A stretch of 60,812 nucleotides of DNA, counting the filler. It is 6 parts of 6 records of this genome, joined end to end, with 100 filler letters (N's around TTAATTAATTAA, not from the genome) between each part and the next. Parts side by side here need not be neighbours in the genome. Positions count along the whole stretch, not along the records: positions 41,754 to 48,746 come from SRR31156797_7631; positions 48,847 to 54,083 come from SRR31156797_7632; 4 more parts are not named here. One strand, given 5' to 3'. Position 1 is the first letter of the stretch, and each line of letters opens with the position of its first letter. Below, one piece after another: positions 41,789-52,500 of the stretch. The position numbers and the translations under genes were made by a program. Under the pieces are notes generated by a model that was given only the letters and a program-made list of their open reading frames with translations, was not told the origin of the DNA and searched no databases.

Positions 41789-42820
41789 CTAATCTCTCTT
41801 TTGCACAGATTCTCTCTCTATTAATATTGGATCGATTTTTATTTGATAATTTTCTGATGTTTTTTTGTCTTTGATATACTCTAATAGTTTTTCAACAGCT
41901 GAATCAACCAGTTTTTCTATAGGTTGCTCTATTGTAGTTAAATAAGGATGGTAATATGTACCCAGTTCAAGATTATCATAACCAATAATTGATAAATCAT
42001 CAGGCAGATTATAATCTAATTCGTGTAGGGCCTTTATGGCACCTAATGCAATAATATCAGTATGAAAAAATATAGCACTAACCTCTTTTATCAAATCTAT
42101 GTTTTCCATAACCAGATCATAACCGGCATGAAAATTTGTAGCACAATCAAGGAATAAGTTTTTATCAAGTTTCATATTATTAGCTTTATATGCTCTAATA
42201 TAACCTTCAGTTCTTTCTCTAAACTCTAAGTTATGCTCCTCCTCTTCCACGAGAAGAATTTTATTATGTCCGTTTTTAATCAAATAATCTACAGCTTTAA
42301 AACCGCCCTCCACATGATCACAAAAAACCTGTAGTGATTCAACGTTGAAATATTGTGGTCTGTTATGTAGAAAAACATGCGGAATATTATTCTTAACTAT
42401 ATATTCATAATCACTGTGTGTGAAATATGGAGTTGCAATTATTAATCCATCGATCTTTTTTCTATCGATTAATCTCTGAATATTACTCTTCTGGTTAAAT
42501 CTATTCTCGGGGAAATCAATAATAGTATCATACGAAAACTTCTCTATTTTATATTGTACTTTTTTCATTAATGTATTAAGAAATAATCCTGAAACTACTT
42601 CTTCAAAAGTTTTAGCGAAGATAACACCGATAGTTTCTGTTTTGTTGGACATACTTAGTCCTCTTGCATTTGAGTTAAACTCAAAACCTACTTCTTCTGC
42701 TATTTTTTTAATTCTCTCTTTAGTTGCCTGTGAAATTCTGGGATGATCATTTAGACTTCTCGAAACAGTTGAATGACTAACCCCTGCAATTTTGGCAATA
42801 TCCTTTATTGTTACACTCAT
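41789..42820 (-). CDS. LacI-family transcriptional regulator
   Basis: 'TIKDIAKIAGVSHSTVSRSLN', hinge 'NARGL', 'LSIIGYD', 'LTTIEQP'. Confidence 0.95.
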   Translation of the reverse strand: MSVTIKDIAKIAGVSHSTVSRSLNDHPRISQATKERIKKIAEEVGFEFNSNARGLSMSNKTETIGVIFAKTFEEVVSGLFLNTLMKKVQYKIEKFSYDTIIDFPENRFNQKSNIQRLIDRKKIDGLIIATPYFTHSDYEYIVKNNIPHVFLHNRPQYFNVESLQVFCDHVEGGFKAVDYLIKNGHNKILLVEEEEHNLEFRERTEGYIRAYKANNMKLDKNLFLDCATNFHAGYDLVMENIDLIKEVSAIFFHTDIIALGAIKALHELDYNLPDDLSIIGYDNLELGTYYHPYLTTIEQPIEKLVDSAVEKLLEYIKDKKTSENYQIKIDPILIERESVQKRD

Positions 42821-42953
42821 CTACATACCTCTCTTATATATCAGATTCTTGTCTGATCTCTTATCAACTACTATTTTAAATGATGCCGGTAGAAATCGCA
42901 ATATGTTTCTATATTTCTTGTAATAATTCTTTATATAAAAAACATAATTTTTT

Positions 42954-42971
42954 TGTGCACAAGTGTGCACT
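42954..42971. promoter_or_regulatory. Putative LacI operator O1
   Basis: TGTGCACAAGTGTGCACT, just downstream of the regulator promoter. Confidence 0.75.
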
Positions 42972-42977
42972 ACTATA

Positions 42978-43006
42978 AGTTTAGTACAAAAAGTTCTAAA
43001 AGTCAA
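42978..43006 (-). promoter_or_regulatory. Sigma70 promoter of the LacI regulator
   Basis: TTGACT-17 nt-TAAACT on the minus strand. Confidence 0.65.
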
Positions 43007-43186
43007 ATGAAATCAATGTTTCGATGATGAAAATTAATTAAACAACTTTATTAATGTTGGGTGTTGGTTAATTAATAGTATCTTGTTTAATAGCTACTAT
43101 TTCCACTAATGGTTTTACTTAAAAGCATTGATTTGATATATAGAGTGCTTATAAAGAGTAGTTCTTCTAAGACTAATAAAATCAAT

Positions 43187-43204
43187 TGAATTCACGTGTG
43201 CACA
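43187..43204. promoter_or_regulatory. Putative auxiliary LacI operator O2
   Basis: TGAATTCACGTGTGCACA. Confidence 0.6.
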
Positions 43205-43322
43205 AATTTATTAAAAAATATTTTTTTGATGAAGAGTTCAATAAACTCAATAAAAACAACAATAACCAACTGAATCAGAACTAAAAATACTATTTAAGAA
43301 CAAATAACTTATAAAAAAACTG

Positions 43323-43351
43323 TTGACTTTTAATTCCAGATAGTGTATAAC
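43323..43351 (+). promoter_or_regulatory. Sigma70 promoter of the ABC operon
   Basis: TTGACT-17 nt-TATAAC. Confidence 0.75.
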
Positions 43352-43364
43352 TTTACTACAAGGT

Positions 43365-43392
43365 TGCGCTAACGTGTGCACAGGTTGCGCAA
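43365..43392. promoter_or_regulatory. Putative LacI operator O3 (overlapping pair)
   Basis: TGCGCTAACGTGTGCACA overlapping TGTGCACAGGTTGCGCAA. Confidence 0.7.
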
Positions 43393-43482
43393 GATGAATA
43401 CAGTTTATCATTTCAGAAAAGATTCGAATAATACAAAACTCGAAAGCTTTTTAGATTAGAAATAATGTATGGAGGTGTAGTA

Positions 43483-44397
43483 ATGAGTGAAGTCTTAGCA
43501 CAAACTCAGAAAAGAAGGTCAAAGTGGGAGGAATTTCTTATCAATTTTAAAGGGCTTAAAAAGTACAAGCTGGAAATAGCAATGATTCTACCTTTAATTA
43601 TTTACATAATCAGTTTTACTTTAGTTCCTTTACTAAATACAATTTCACTTGGATTTAAAGACATTGATACTGGAAATTTTACATTAGCAAATTATACTTA
43701 CATATTTGAGCAAAGTGATTTTATAGCAGCATTAAGAAATACTTTAATAATCACATTTATGGGTCTGATTATCCAGATGACTACTGGATTAACACTTGCT
43801 CTTATATTAAACAAGATTAAAATGTTCAAAGGATTTTTTAGAACAATATTCCTTATTCCGATGGGAGTACCTACAATCGTAGCTGGTGTAGTTATGTCAT
43901 ATGTATTTAGTAGTACTGGATACTTAAATGAATTTCTATACAGATTAGGAGTTATCAAAGTGCCTATTGATTGGGCAAGTGGCGGAATTAGAAGTTTAAT
44001 GACAATTGCTTTTGCAGATACGTGGAAAGTAACACCGTTCATTACACTGATTCTTTTAGCAGGATTACAGTCGATTCCTAAGACAGTATATGAAGCAGCA
44101 GATATTGATGGTGCATCTACATGGAAAACATTCATTAATATTACGTTACCATTACTTAAGCCTGCAATTACAATGGCTTTAGTACTTAGATCAATTGATC
44201 TGTTTAGAATATTTGAGATTGTTATGACATTAACTGGTCAAACAGTACCTGTACTTGGTACATATGCTTATAATGAGTATAACCTGTACAACAATTCAAA
44301 TACATCAGGAGCGGCAGCAACAATATTATTAGTTATTATATTAGTATTTGTTACAACTTACCTTAAGTTATCAAGTAAAGGCGGTGATGTTGAATAA
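43483..44397 (+). CDS. Carbohydrate ABC permease (MalF-like)
   Basis: EAA loop 'YEAADIDGAS'; GGAGG RBS before MSEVL. Confidence 0.92.
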   Translation: MSEVLAQTQKRRSKWEEFLINFKGLKKYKLEIAMILPLIIYIISFTLVPLLNTISLGFKDIDTGNFTLANYTYIFEQSDFIAALRNTLIITFMGLIIQMTTGLTLALILNKIKMFKGFFRTIFLIPMGVPTIVAGVVMSYVFSSTGYLNEFLYRLGVIKVPIDWASGGIRSLMTIAFADTWKVTPFITLILLAGLQSIPKTVYEAADIDGASTWKTFINITLPLLKPAITMALVLRSIDLFRIFEIVMTLTGQTVPVLGTYAYNEYNLYNNSNTSGAAATILLVIILVFVTTYLKLSSKGGDVE

Positions 44398-45227
44398 TGG
44401 CTAAAACAACAGACTTATCAGGAAGAATCGCAAAATATTCATATTTTCCTGTATTAATAATAGCAGTTATTGTAATGATATTCCCTGTATATCTAATGTT
44501 CAAAATATCAGTAAGTGGACCGGCAGGAGTACTTACTCAACATCCTACTTTTTTAATCAAAGATTTTACATGGAAGCACTGGAATGACATATTTAGTTCA
44601 GGAAACCTATGGGGACCTTTATTTAAGAGTTTATCTGTAGCTACTACAGCAACAATTATCGCAGTAATAGTTGCATCACCGGCAGCATATGTAATATCGA
44701 GAATGGGTAAAACAATGAAATACCTTACTGTAATGATGTTATTCTTCACTAGAATGATGCCGGAAGTAGGAATTGCACTACCTATCTCAATCAAATTTAT
44801 TGAACTTAACTTATTAGATACAAATATGGGACTTGTTCTTGCTCACCTAATTAAAGTTATGCCATTCTTAGCATGGATACTTATAGGAACATTTGAAACA
44901 ATACCTAGAGATTTAGAAAAAGCAGCAGAGGTAGATGGAGCAACGAAATTGGGAGCATTACTACATGTAGTTTTACCAATATCAGCACCGGGAATCGCTG
45001 TAGGAGCAATGTTTGTTTGGCTAGAATCATGGAATGAATTTACATACGCACTATATATGACAATGGCTGAAACGACTCTGCCAGTTCAAATTTATTATTA
45101 TATAACAAGAGGTGGAATCTTCGCATCGTCAGCATATGCAACTATATTAACAGTTCCGGTAATTATTATCACTTTATTCTTACAGAAATATCTAAAAGAA
45201 GGATCTTTATCGGGTGCTATTAAGTAG
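44397..45227 (+). CDS. Carbohydrate ABC permease (MalG-like)
   Basis: 'LEKAAEVDGA', 'SWNEF', C-terminal 'GAIK'. Confidence 0.92.
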   Translation: MAKTTDLSGRIAKYSYFPVLIIAVIVMIFPVYLMFKISVSGPAGVLTQHPTFLIKDFTWKHWNDIFSSGNLWGPLFKSLSVATTATIIAVIVASPAAYVISRMGKTMKYLTVMMLFFTRMMPEVGIALPISIKFIELNLLDTNMGLVLAHLIKVMPFLAWILIGTFETIPRDLEKAAEVDGATKLGALLHVVLPISAPGIAVGAMFVWLESWNEFTYALYMTMAETTLPVQIYYYITRGGIFASSAYATILTVPVIIITLFLQKYLKEGSLSGAIK

Positions 45228-45405
45228 TAATAAATAATCACTAATATTAAATAAAATTATCAAGAAATAAATGAGGGTTTGTAAGAAATGTCTGTCACGA
45301 GATACTCTCCTAAAAATTTAATAAACTTAACTTTATATAAATCACCAGAGAGTATCTCTTTAAAATAGGAATTTATTTCCAAAATATTAAAAACGGAGGA
45401 AAGCT

Positions 45406-46638
45406 ATGAAAAAAGGATTACTATTGGTATTATTGGTTGGATTATTATCAACTACGGCTTTTGGAGGATTATTTGATATGTTCAAAAAGAACAAAAAGCC
45501 TAAAATGACTGAATTAAAAGTTGTAATGGGACTTGGTGAAAGTGAGTGGAAAGTTCTAAAAGAAGAGATCTTCCCGGCTTTCGAAGAAGAACATAATGTA
45601 AAAGTTGTACCTTATCAAATTGAAGCAGGAAATGTTATCAAGAAATTAGAAGCATTAGCAAAAGCAGGAAAATCAGATATCGATCTGATTGCACAAGATA
45701 ACATGGCATTAGCGCCACTTGTAGATAAAGGATTAGTAGAAGATTTAACAGGATACAAAAATATGGTTCCTGATAAAGTAATCCCTGCATTATTAAAAGT
45801 AGGAACTTTTAACAACAGATTATATTTCTTACCATTCAGACCAAATGTTGAAATCACTCTATATAATGAGAATAAATTCAACGAATATGGTTTAACTCCA
45901 CCTACAACATGGGACGAGTTATTAGAAGTAGCTAAAGTTTTCAAAGAAAAAGAAGGTGTTGGAAGAGTATTAGGAATTAAAGCAGGAGGAGCTGGAGATA
46001 CTACAGTTCACTTATTCGACTACATCAGATCAGCTGGTGGAGATCCATTAGTTCTTAATGACGCTGGAAGTGTAAAAGCATTTGAATTCTTAAAAGAATT
46101 ACAACCATACATGTCACCTGATTTCAAACAATCAACTTGGGATACAACTAACAAATTTACTGCAACTGAGTCTATGTACTTATCTCAGAACTGGCCATTT
46201 GCTGTAAACGTAATCGTAAAAGATGGTGGAAAGAAAGAAATTAAAGCATATGGTGGATGGCAAGGTCCTGAAAAAGCTTCACACGTATTAGGTGGAGATG
46301 TATTCGGAATTCCTATGAACAGTCCTAACAAAGAATTAGCTATGAAATTCATCGCTCATATGATGAGAAAAGATACTCAGGAAATATTAGTATCTAAATT
46401 AGGATGGTCTTCATCTAGATCAGATGCATATGGAACAGTTGAAGAGTGGCAAAAACCATACTTCAAAGCTGTAAACGATGCAATGGCATCTGCTGAACCT
46501 AGACCAAACGTTACTTACTGGACAACTGTTGATAAGTCATTAAACGGAGCATTCAAAGAAATTATGTTCAATGATGCACCTATCAAAGCGACTCTTGATA
46601 AGTATGCAGCTATGATTGAAAAAGCTAAAAATAAATAA
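45406..46638 (+). CDS. Sugar ABC substrate-binding protein
   Basis: SPase I-type signal peptide, 'PPTTWDEL', 'LGGDVFGI'. Confidence 0.9.
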   Translation: MKKGLLLVLLVGLLSTTAFGGLFDMFKKNKKPKMTELKVVMGLGESEWKVLKEEIFPAFEEEHNVKVVPYQIEAGNVIKKLEALAKAGKSDIDLIAQDNMALAPLVDKGLVEDLTGYKNMVPDKVIPALLKVGTFNNRLYFLPFRPNVEITLYNENKFNEYGLTPPTTWDELLEVAKVFKEKEGVGRVLGIKAGGAGDTTVHLFDYIRSAGGDPLVLNDAGSVKAFEFLKELQPYMSPDFKQSTWDTTNKFTATESMYLSQNWPFAVNVIVKDGGKKEIKAYGGWQGPEKASHVLGGDVFGIPMNSPNKELAMKFIAHMMRKDTQEILVSKLGWSSSRSDAYGTVEEWQKPYFKAVNDAMASAEPRPNVTYWTTVDKSLNGAFKEIMFNDAPIKATLDKYAAMIEKAKNK

Positions 46639-46710
46639 TCAATAATTTAATTAAAAACTTATATAACTCAGTGTTATCAACAAACACTACATTCCATAAA
46701 CTCTAAACTC

Positions 46711-46759
46711 GGGCTTTGCATAACGAACGTTCCCCGACAGAAGTAATTATGCAAAGCCC
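46711..46759. repeat. 13-bp inverted repeat after the SBP gene
   Basis: gggctttgcataa ... ttatgcaaagccc. Confidence 0.75.
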
Positions 46760-46883
46760 TAAAAATACAATCAAGATTTAATACAAAAATAGAACGCTAC
46801 TTAACAGAATTTTGAAGAGCAATATGAGATTCTGTTTTTTTATTAAAATTTGATAATAAAAACTACAAATTTTGGAGGATAAA

Positions 46884-48641
46884 ATGAAATATAATTTCAC
46901 TATTTTATCATTAGATAAAGAGATCGATCTTCAATACAGAATTGAGAGTAGAGACAATATTGACTATATATATTTTGAGATTAAAAGTGAAACTATCAGA
47001 ATTTTTCCTGAAGTAGAGCTAAGAATAGATGATTTTGATCTGCTTGATACACATTTTATGTGGCAAGCAACAGCGTATAGAGAGAAGCATTTTGAAATTT
47101 GCTGGGGAGATGAGGATAGAGGAGAGTTTATAAAGGGAACTTTATCAGCTCCAATAGCACAATTGGCGAGTAATAACTCCAGAAACAGATTAACTGTTGC
47201 TTATTCGGAAGTACTTGAAACTATTCAGTTTAAACCGGGAATCAAAGAAGAGGATGCTACAGGAGTAATTAAATTCAGACTATTTGTATCTGAAGAAAAA
47301 GCAAGAAATAAATTCTCAGGAGTTTTGAGGATTGATACCAGAGATATCAGAATGGAAGATTCAATTAGAGAGTGTGCAATGTGGTATGAAGATAAAGGTT
47401 ATAAGGTTATGCAGGTGCCTGAATCAGCTAAAGAGCCAATGTACTCAACATGGTACAGTTATCATCAAAAATTTACTGCTGAAGAAATAGAAATAGAATG
47501 TTTGAAAGCTAAAGCCTTGGGATGTAAGGCAGTAATAGTTGATGATGGATGGCAGACAGAGGATGGTAATAGAGGCTATGCATATACCGGAGACTGGGAA
47601 GTATGTGTCAATAAGATGGGGTCTATGAAGGAGCATGTTGGCAGAGTACATGATATGGGTATGAAATATCTGCTCTGGTACAGCGTGCCCTTTGTAGGAG
47701 TGTATGCCAAAGTTTGGGAAAGATTCCAAGATAAACTTCTTTATAAACTACCGGAATTAAAGTGTGGTGTTTTAGATCCCAGATATAGGGAAGTAAGAGA
47801 TTATCTTGTAGAAACATATAAAAAGGCACTGCTGGAATGGGACTTAGATGGTTTCAAATTAGATTTTATAGATGAATTTGATATTCAGCGAGCTCAGGGT
47901 AAAGCACTGGAAGATGACAAAAACAGAGACTTTTCATCTGTGCAGGAAGCTGTGGAAGCATTACTTAGATCAATAAGAGATGAACTGCAAAATATCAAAG
48001 CAGACATTATGCTGGAATTTAGGCAAAAATATATAGGGCCTTTTGTGAGACAGTTTGGAAATATCCTGCGTGTAGCGGATTGCCCAATGGATTATATAGC
48101 TAATAGAAATGGAATAGTTGATTTGAGATTATTCTCAGGCGAGACAGCAGTTCATTCAGATATGATCATGTGGAACTATAATGATACTACGGAGAGTGCA
48201 GCACTGCAATTTATAAATATCTTGTTTGGAGTCCCTCAGATATCTATTAAATTAGAAAAGATTCCGGATGAACACTATAAAATGTTAAGTCACTATATGA
48301 AATTTTGGCAAGAGAATAAAGAGTTGCTCCTAAACGGGAAACTTTATACAAAATCAATGGATTGTAATAATTTAGCAATAAGTTCAATAAAAGATAATAA
48401 AAACATAACAGCAATTTACAGTGATACAGTATTTGAATTAGATCATGAATATAATGAAATAATTCTGATTAACGGTAAGCTAACAGAGAATTTAATTATA
48501 AAAATGAACAAAGAGATGATATATAAATATGAAAGTTTTGATTGCAAAGGCGAGATAACAGGAGAAGGTTTGGTTGGCACTGAGTTAGCGATACTTGAAG
48601 TAAAAAAATCAGGGTACGTTAAGTTGGGAATTCAGGGATAA
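46884..48641 (+). CDS. GH36-like alpha-galactosidase
   Basis: 'YSTWYS', 'IVDDGWQ', 'DGFKLDF' clan GH-D motifs. Confidence 0.85.
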   Translation: MKYNFTILSLDKEIDLQYRIESRDNIDYIYFEIKSETIRIFPEVELRIDDFDLLDTHFMWQATAYREKHFEICWGDEDRGEFIKGTLSAPIAQLASNNSRNRLTVAYSEVLETIQFKPGIKEEDATGVIKFRLFVSEEKARNKFSGVLRIDTRDIRMEDSIRECAMWYEDKGYKVMQVPESAKEPMYSTWYSYHQKFTAEEIEIECLKAKALGCKAVIVDDGWQTEDGNRGYAYTGDWEVCVNKMGSMKEHVGRVHDMGMKYLLWYSVPFVGVYAKVWERFQDKLLYKLPELKCGVLDPRYREVRDYLVETYKKALLEWDLDGFKLDFIDEFDIQRAQGKALEDDKNRDFSSVQEAVEALLRSIRDELQNIKADIMLEFRQKYIGPFVRQFGNILRVADCPMDYIANRNGIVDLRLFSGETAVHSDMIMWNYNDTTESAALQFINILFGVPQISIKLEKIPDEHYKMLSHYMKFWQENKELLLNGKLYTKSMDCNNLAISSIKDNKNITAIYSDTVFELDHEYNEIILINGKLTENLIIKMNKEMIYKYESFDCKGEITGEGLVGTELAILEVKKSGYVKLGIQG

Positions 48642-48746
48642 AATTAGAGTATAAAATAATAAATATAATATTTCAGTGTTTTCAAAATATTTTAAAATAT
48701 TTTTTAGAACAATTCAAAAAAAGAATCAATTTTGAATTAAGAAATA

Positions 48747-48846
48747 NNNNNNNNNNNNNNNNNNNNNNNNNNNNNNNNNNNNNNNNNNNNTTAATTAATT
48801 AANNNNNNNNNNNNNNNNNNNNNNNNNNNNNNNNNNNNNNNNNNNN
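48747..48846. other. Artificial contig linker
   Basis: N-TTAATTAATTAA-N. Confidence 0.98.
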
Positions 48847-49139
48847 GCTCAAAGATCACAAAAGAAAGGAGACTTTGTTTAATATATAGGGCAAGATGAA
48901 GGCGTTGTTATGAGGGAAAATCTAAAACTGTACGAACTATTGTTGGAAAAGCATCATCAATAGCTATGAAGCTGATTCGATACTTTGAATTGCTGTATTT
49001 TGATTGACAAAAAGCAAGTTCCTATCCTATATCTTATACTTACTGGTTACATCGCAGCCTTCCATGACATCCCGGAGCCACGATGGTGTAGAATCGGTCC
49101 CAGTGGCAGAGTGCGGAGATCGTGCTATATTCGTTCAGG

Positions 49140-49355
49140 GTTAGACAGATCGCTTTGATTCACGCATTTGGGCATATGATCGGACTTGGAGACGAATACA
49201 CCTCAAGGACCAGGGGCGTTCCGCTGGGAGCCTGTACTGGTCATGTAGAGTGACAGTGTGATGAGCGTAGGCGAAGTGATTCACCTGGCATTGCGCCACC
49301 TTTTTGGAGGCGCTGGAGATAATACCCAGAATTTGAGGCGATTGGACGGTGGGCC
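49140..49355 (+). pseudogene. Degenerate zinc-metallopeptidase (metzincin-like) domain remnant
   Basis: QIALIHAFGHMIGLGDEY at 49146-49199, then after frameshifts DSVMSVGEVI and HCATFLEAL; contains stops. Confidence 0.6.
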
Positions 49356-49560
49356 GGGAATCTCATTCTGCGCACTTTTTCAGGAATCGGATAGGCCGGA
49401 GACAAAGTAGCAGTTCTTAATATTGCTCCGGCAATTAAATATATTATTGTTTGTAATCCCTACAGATTCAAGACCTATATAATACAGGGGACTCAAGGAC
49501 CATAGGCCCTAAATTGGGTCTCGTATTAAATTGCCGGATTAATATTAAACGGGGATATCC

Positions 49561-52500
49561 ATGGGGACAACATACGCCTTACAAAAAAAAGAACTTCAGA
49601 AGGAACCTTCGCCATCGTCTCCGAATGTGGAGAAGAAATCCGGCGAGATCCTTAAGGTTCAGGCACCTGAATCAGGTGTGCCGGTTTTCCTGCAGAATAT
49701 GGCGTTGTCGTCCCCGCCTCCTTCGGTTCAGCGGAAATTTTTCGATGATGAAACGGAAGATGAAGGTGTGCAGGCAAAACTCACGGTGGGTAATCCTGAT
49801 GACGAGTATGAACGGGAAGCGAACCGCGTTGCCGATACTGTGATGCGCATGCCCGAGGCATCGGATCGAGATATCCTTGACGAGGGGCAGGAACCGGTTG
49901 AAAAAGATTCCGTTATTCAGGCAAAGATATTTGAATCTGAGACTGTCCAGGCAAAAAACAAACAGTCTGTCATCGGTTCCGATGATATGAGCCGGCCCGC
50001 TGAAAATTCCGATGGGGGGACCTCTCTTCCCGAAAGCACCCGCTTACGTATCGAACCGGTTCTGGGAACAAGCCTTAACCATGTGGCCGTTCATGATACC
50101 CCGAGTTCGCGTAAGGCGGCCCGGTCCATTCAAGCTAAGGCTTTTACCCATCGTAACCATATATATCTGGGTGAAGGACAAAGTGCCCATGATGTTTCTC
50201 TTATGGCCCATGAAGCCGCCCATACGGTTCAGCAGTCTTATGGGATGATTCAGCATCTTCAGCGTGTGGATGAAGACGATGTTTCCGGTGAAGGAGGGGC
50301 GAATCAGGCGGGCAATGCCAATCCGCATCCGCTTTCGTCTTACTATTTGTTGCTTTTCATCCTGCCGGCTGAAGAGATGGATGCATTGGAACAGGCTGCG
50401 TTGCGGCGTGAAGCCGTCAGGCGTGGCGAAACTTATGATGGACCTTTGGGAATCACCAAAACATCATCCTATCCATTGGCTGATTTTCTTCCTGATTCGG
50501 CGTCGTTTGAAAGCCGGGAGGCTATTCTCGGCCAATATTTCTCCGGACTGGGTACGCCCCATGGACCCAGCGGCGGTGCAGGAATCGCCGCCCGTGAAAT
50601 CGCCCGGAATGAGACCCTGCGCCATTATTTGGGACATTTTGAGGATAGCCAGGTTGAAGTGGAACTTGTTGATCCGGACGGCCTTGAAGATACACCGACC
50701 CGTCTGCGTTTTTTTGTCGACGGTATGGAAGTTCAGGACCGGGCCGGTGAAATTTCCGTGGAAAGCTTGGACGATTTTGCCCCTGAACCACTTTTTGTTG
50801 TGGCGGACAATCAAGGCCTGGCCGTTGAACAATTGATTCACATTGCCGTTGCCCTTGAACAGGGCCGCGAGGCACTTCCTGAAGTCCGAGTCCTCAACGA
50901 TCAGATCAGGTGTGACCCGGGGCAAACCAGCGTCAATGGCGCAAGGTCTCTTGTCAATGCAATTAACCAGTTTTCTTCCCGTGTTGTTCAGTTAAGAGAC
51001 GGCATATACGACGAAAATCTGGATAAGCTTGATGCGATGACGAGTCTTGCAACGGAAAGCATTGAGGTTCGGGACCTTGTTGCCGACCTGCCGCGATGGC
51101 TCAGGCAGTGGCAGGGGCCGAGTATACCGGAAGAGACGGCCGGTGAATTCTGGATGAATGAAGAGGCCTCCATTGAACGCACCATGGCCGCCAATGCGGA
51201 GGCAGGGGGCATATACTATGCGGCCATTGGCGTGAATGCATTAGAATGGGCATCGGTTCAGATTTATAGGCTCTGCGGGAATTTTATGACTCTCGGCTAT
51301 ATGGATCGCGAAGCCAGGAATGCCATGGCCTATCGCCGGGGGGAAATTTCAAATTCGGCTTATGCGGAGAATATCTGGTGGAACATGGGAGCATCCGCTC
51401 TCACGGCTGTGGTGATTGTTTTGACCGCAGGTTGGGGGGGACGGCTGGCAGGATTTTTGGGCGCCGATTTAACGACCGGTGCGGGAATGATGACTGCCGG
51501 AACTGTTGAAGGCGTTACAATCGGTATGAGCACGGCGGTTGGGGCTGATGCTTACAGTGCTATTATCGGGGCTACGCGGGATGATCCTTATGTCAGCGGG
51601 TATCACGAAAGCGCCGTTATGGGGCCGGAGGGCTGGATCGAGGCGGGTCTGGCCGGCGGTCTGTTCGGTGGTGTCCTCACATGGGGGGCTTTGAGGTCTG
51701 CCGGGCCGGGTCCCATAGCTTTTGTTCGCCCCCGTTCCGAAGGTGGGATCGAAGTTATACCCGCTGAACTTGAGGCCGGGGCAGCAGCAGATTTTGTGGA
51801 ATCTGCCGTCGGTACTCGGGCAACAGCGATTCCGGAATACACTGGTTCCAGGATTACGGCGGTGCCGGAATACTTCGGTTCCAGTTCAACGGCGATACCG
51901 GAATATGTCGGAACTAGAGCGACTGCGGTCCCCGAAGGTGCTGGCCCGAGAATAAGAGTTGTTCCCGAAGGTGTCCCCGAAGTTTCAACCATTCTTGATC
52001 CGACGGGAACTCCGTTCGGCGCGGCGGAATATGTGGCCGCCGGAGGTATGGTTTACGAACCGGCTATCTATGGTGAAGTCGGAGGACGTATTGTACGAAT
52101 CAATCCCCGTACCCCACCCGACGTGACCCTATACGGCCCCCATGGTCAAGTGGTCGCAGGAAGGGGCGCTGGTGCAGTTGAACCGGAATTGTTTGGGCCT
52201 CGGGGAGAGCCCGTTACCGGCCCCAGGGCTCCGATTGATCCCTCCCGGGAGATTGTCGTCTGGGGAGATGCCGGATGGGAAGCCGTACCGGGAAATGCAC
52301 CAATCACAAGCCGAAGTACCGGCCGTACGGCTTTGCAATGGCAGCATTATGAATCTCAAGTAGAGGCCCATTTGGGGGCGGGGCCGGGGGAACGTCAGGT
52401 TTCAGTGGCTCTTCCCCGTCCCATGAGATTTTCCGGGCGACAAGGCCCACAGACCTCTATCGAGGCAGATGTTGCTTTAGCGGACAGATCCGTGTATGGA

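Noticed and set aside
51808-51972. 33-nt repeats as a possible CRISPR array
   Set aside because: Contiguous, in frame and degenerate, with no spacers; no cas genes. No CRISPR array was seen anywhere in the window.
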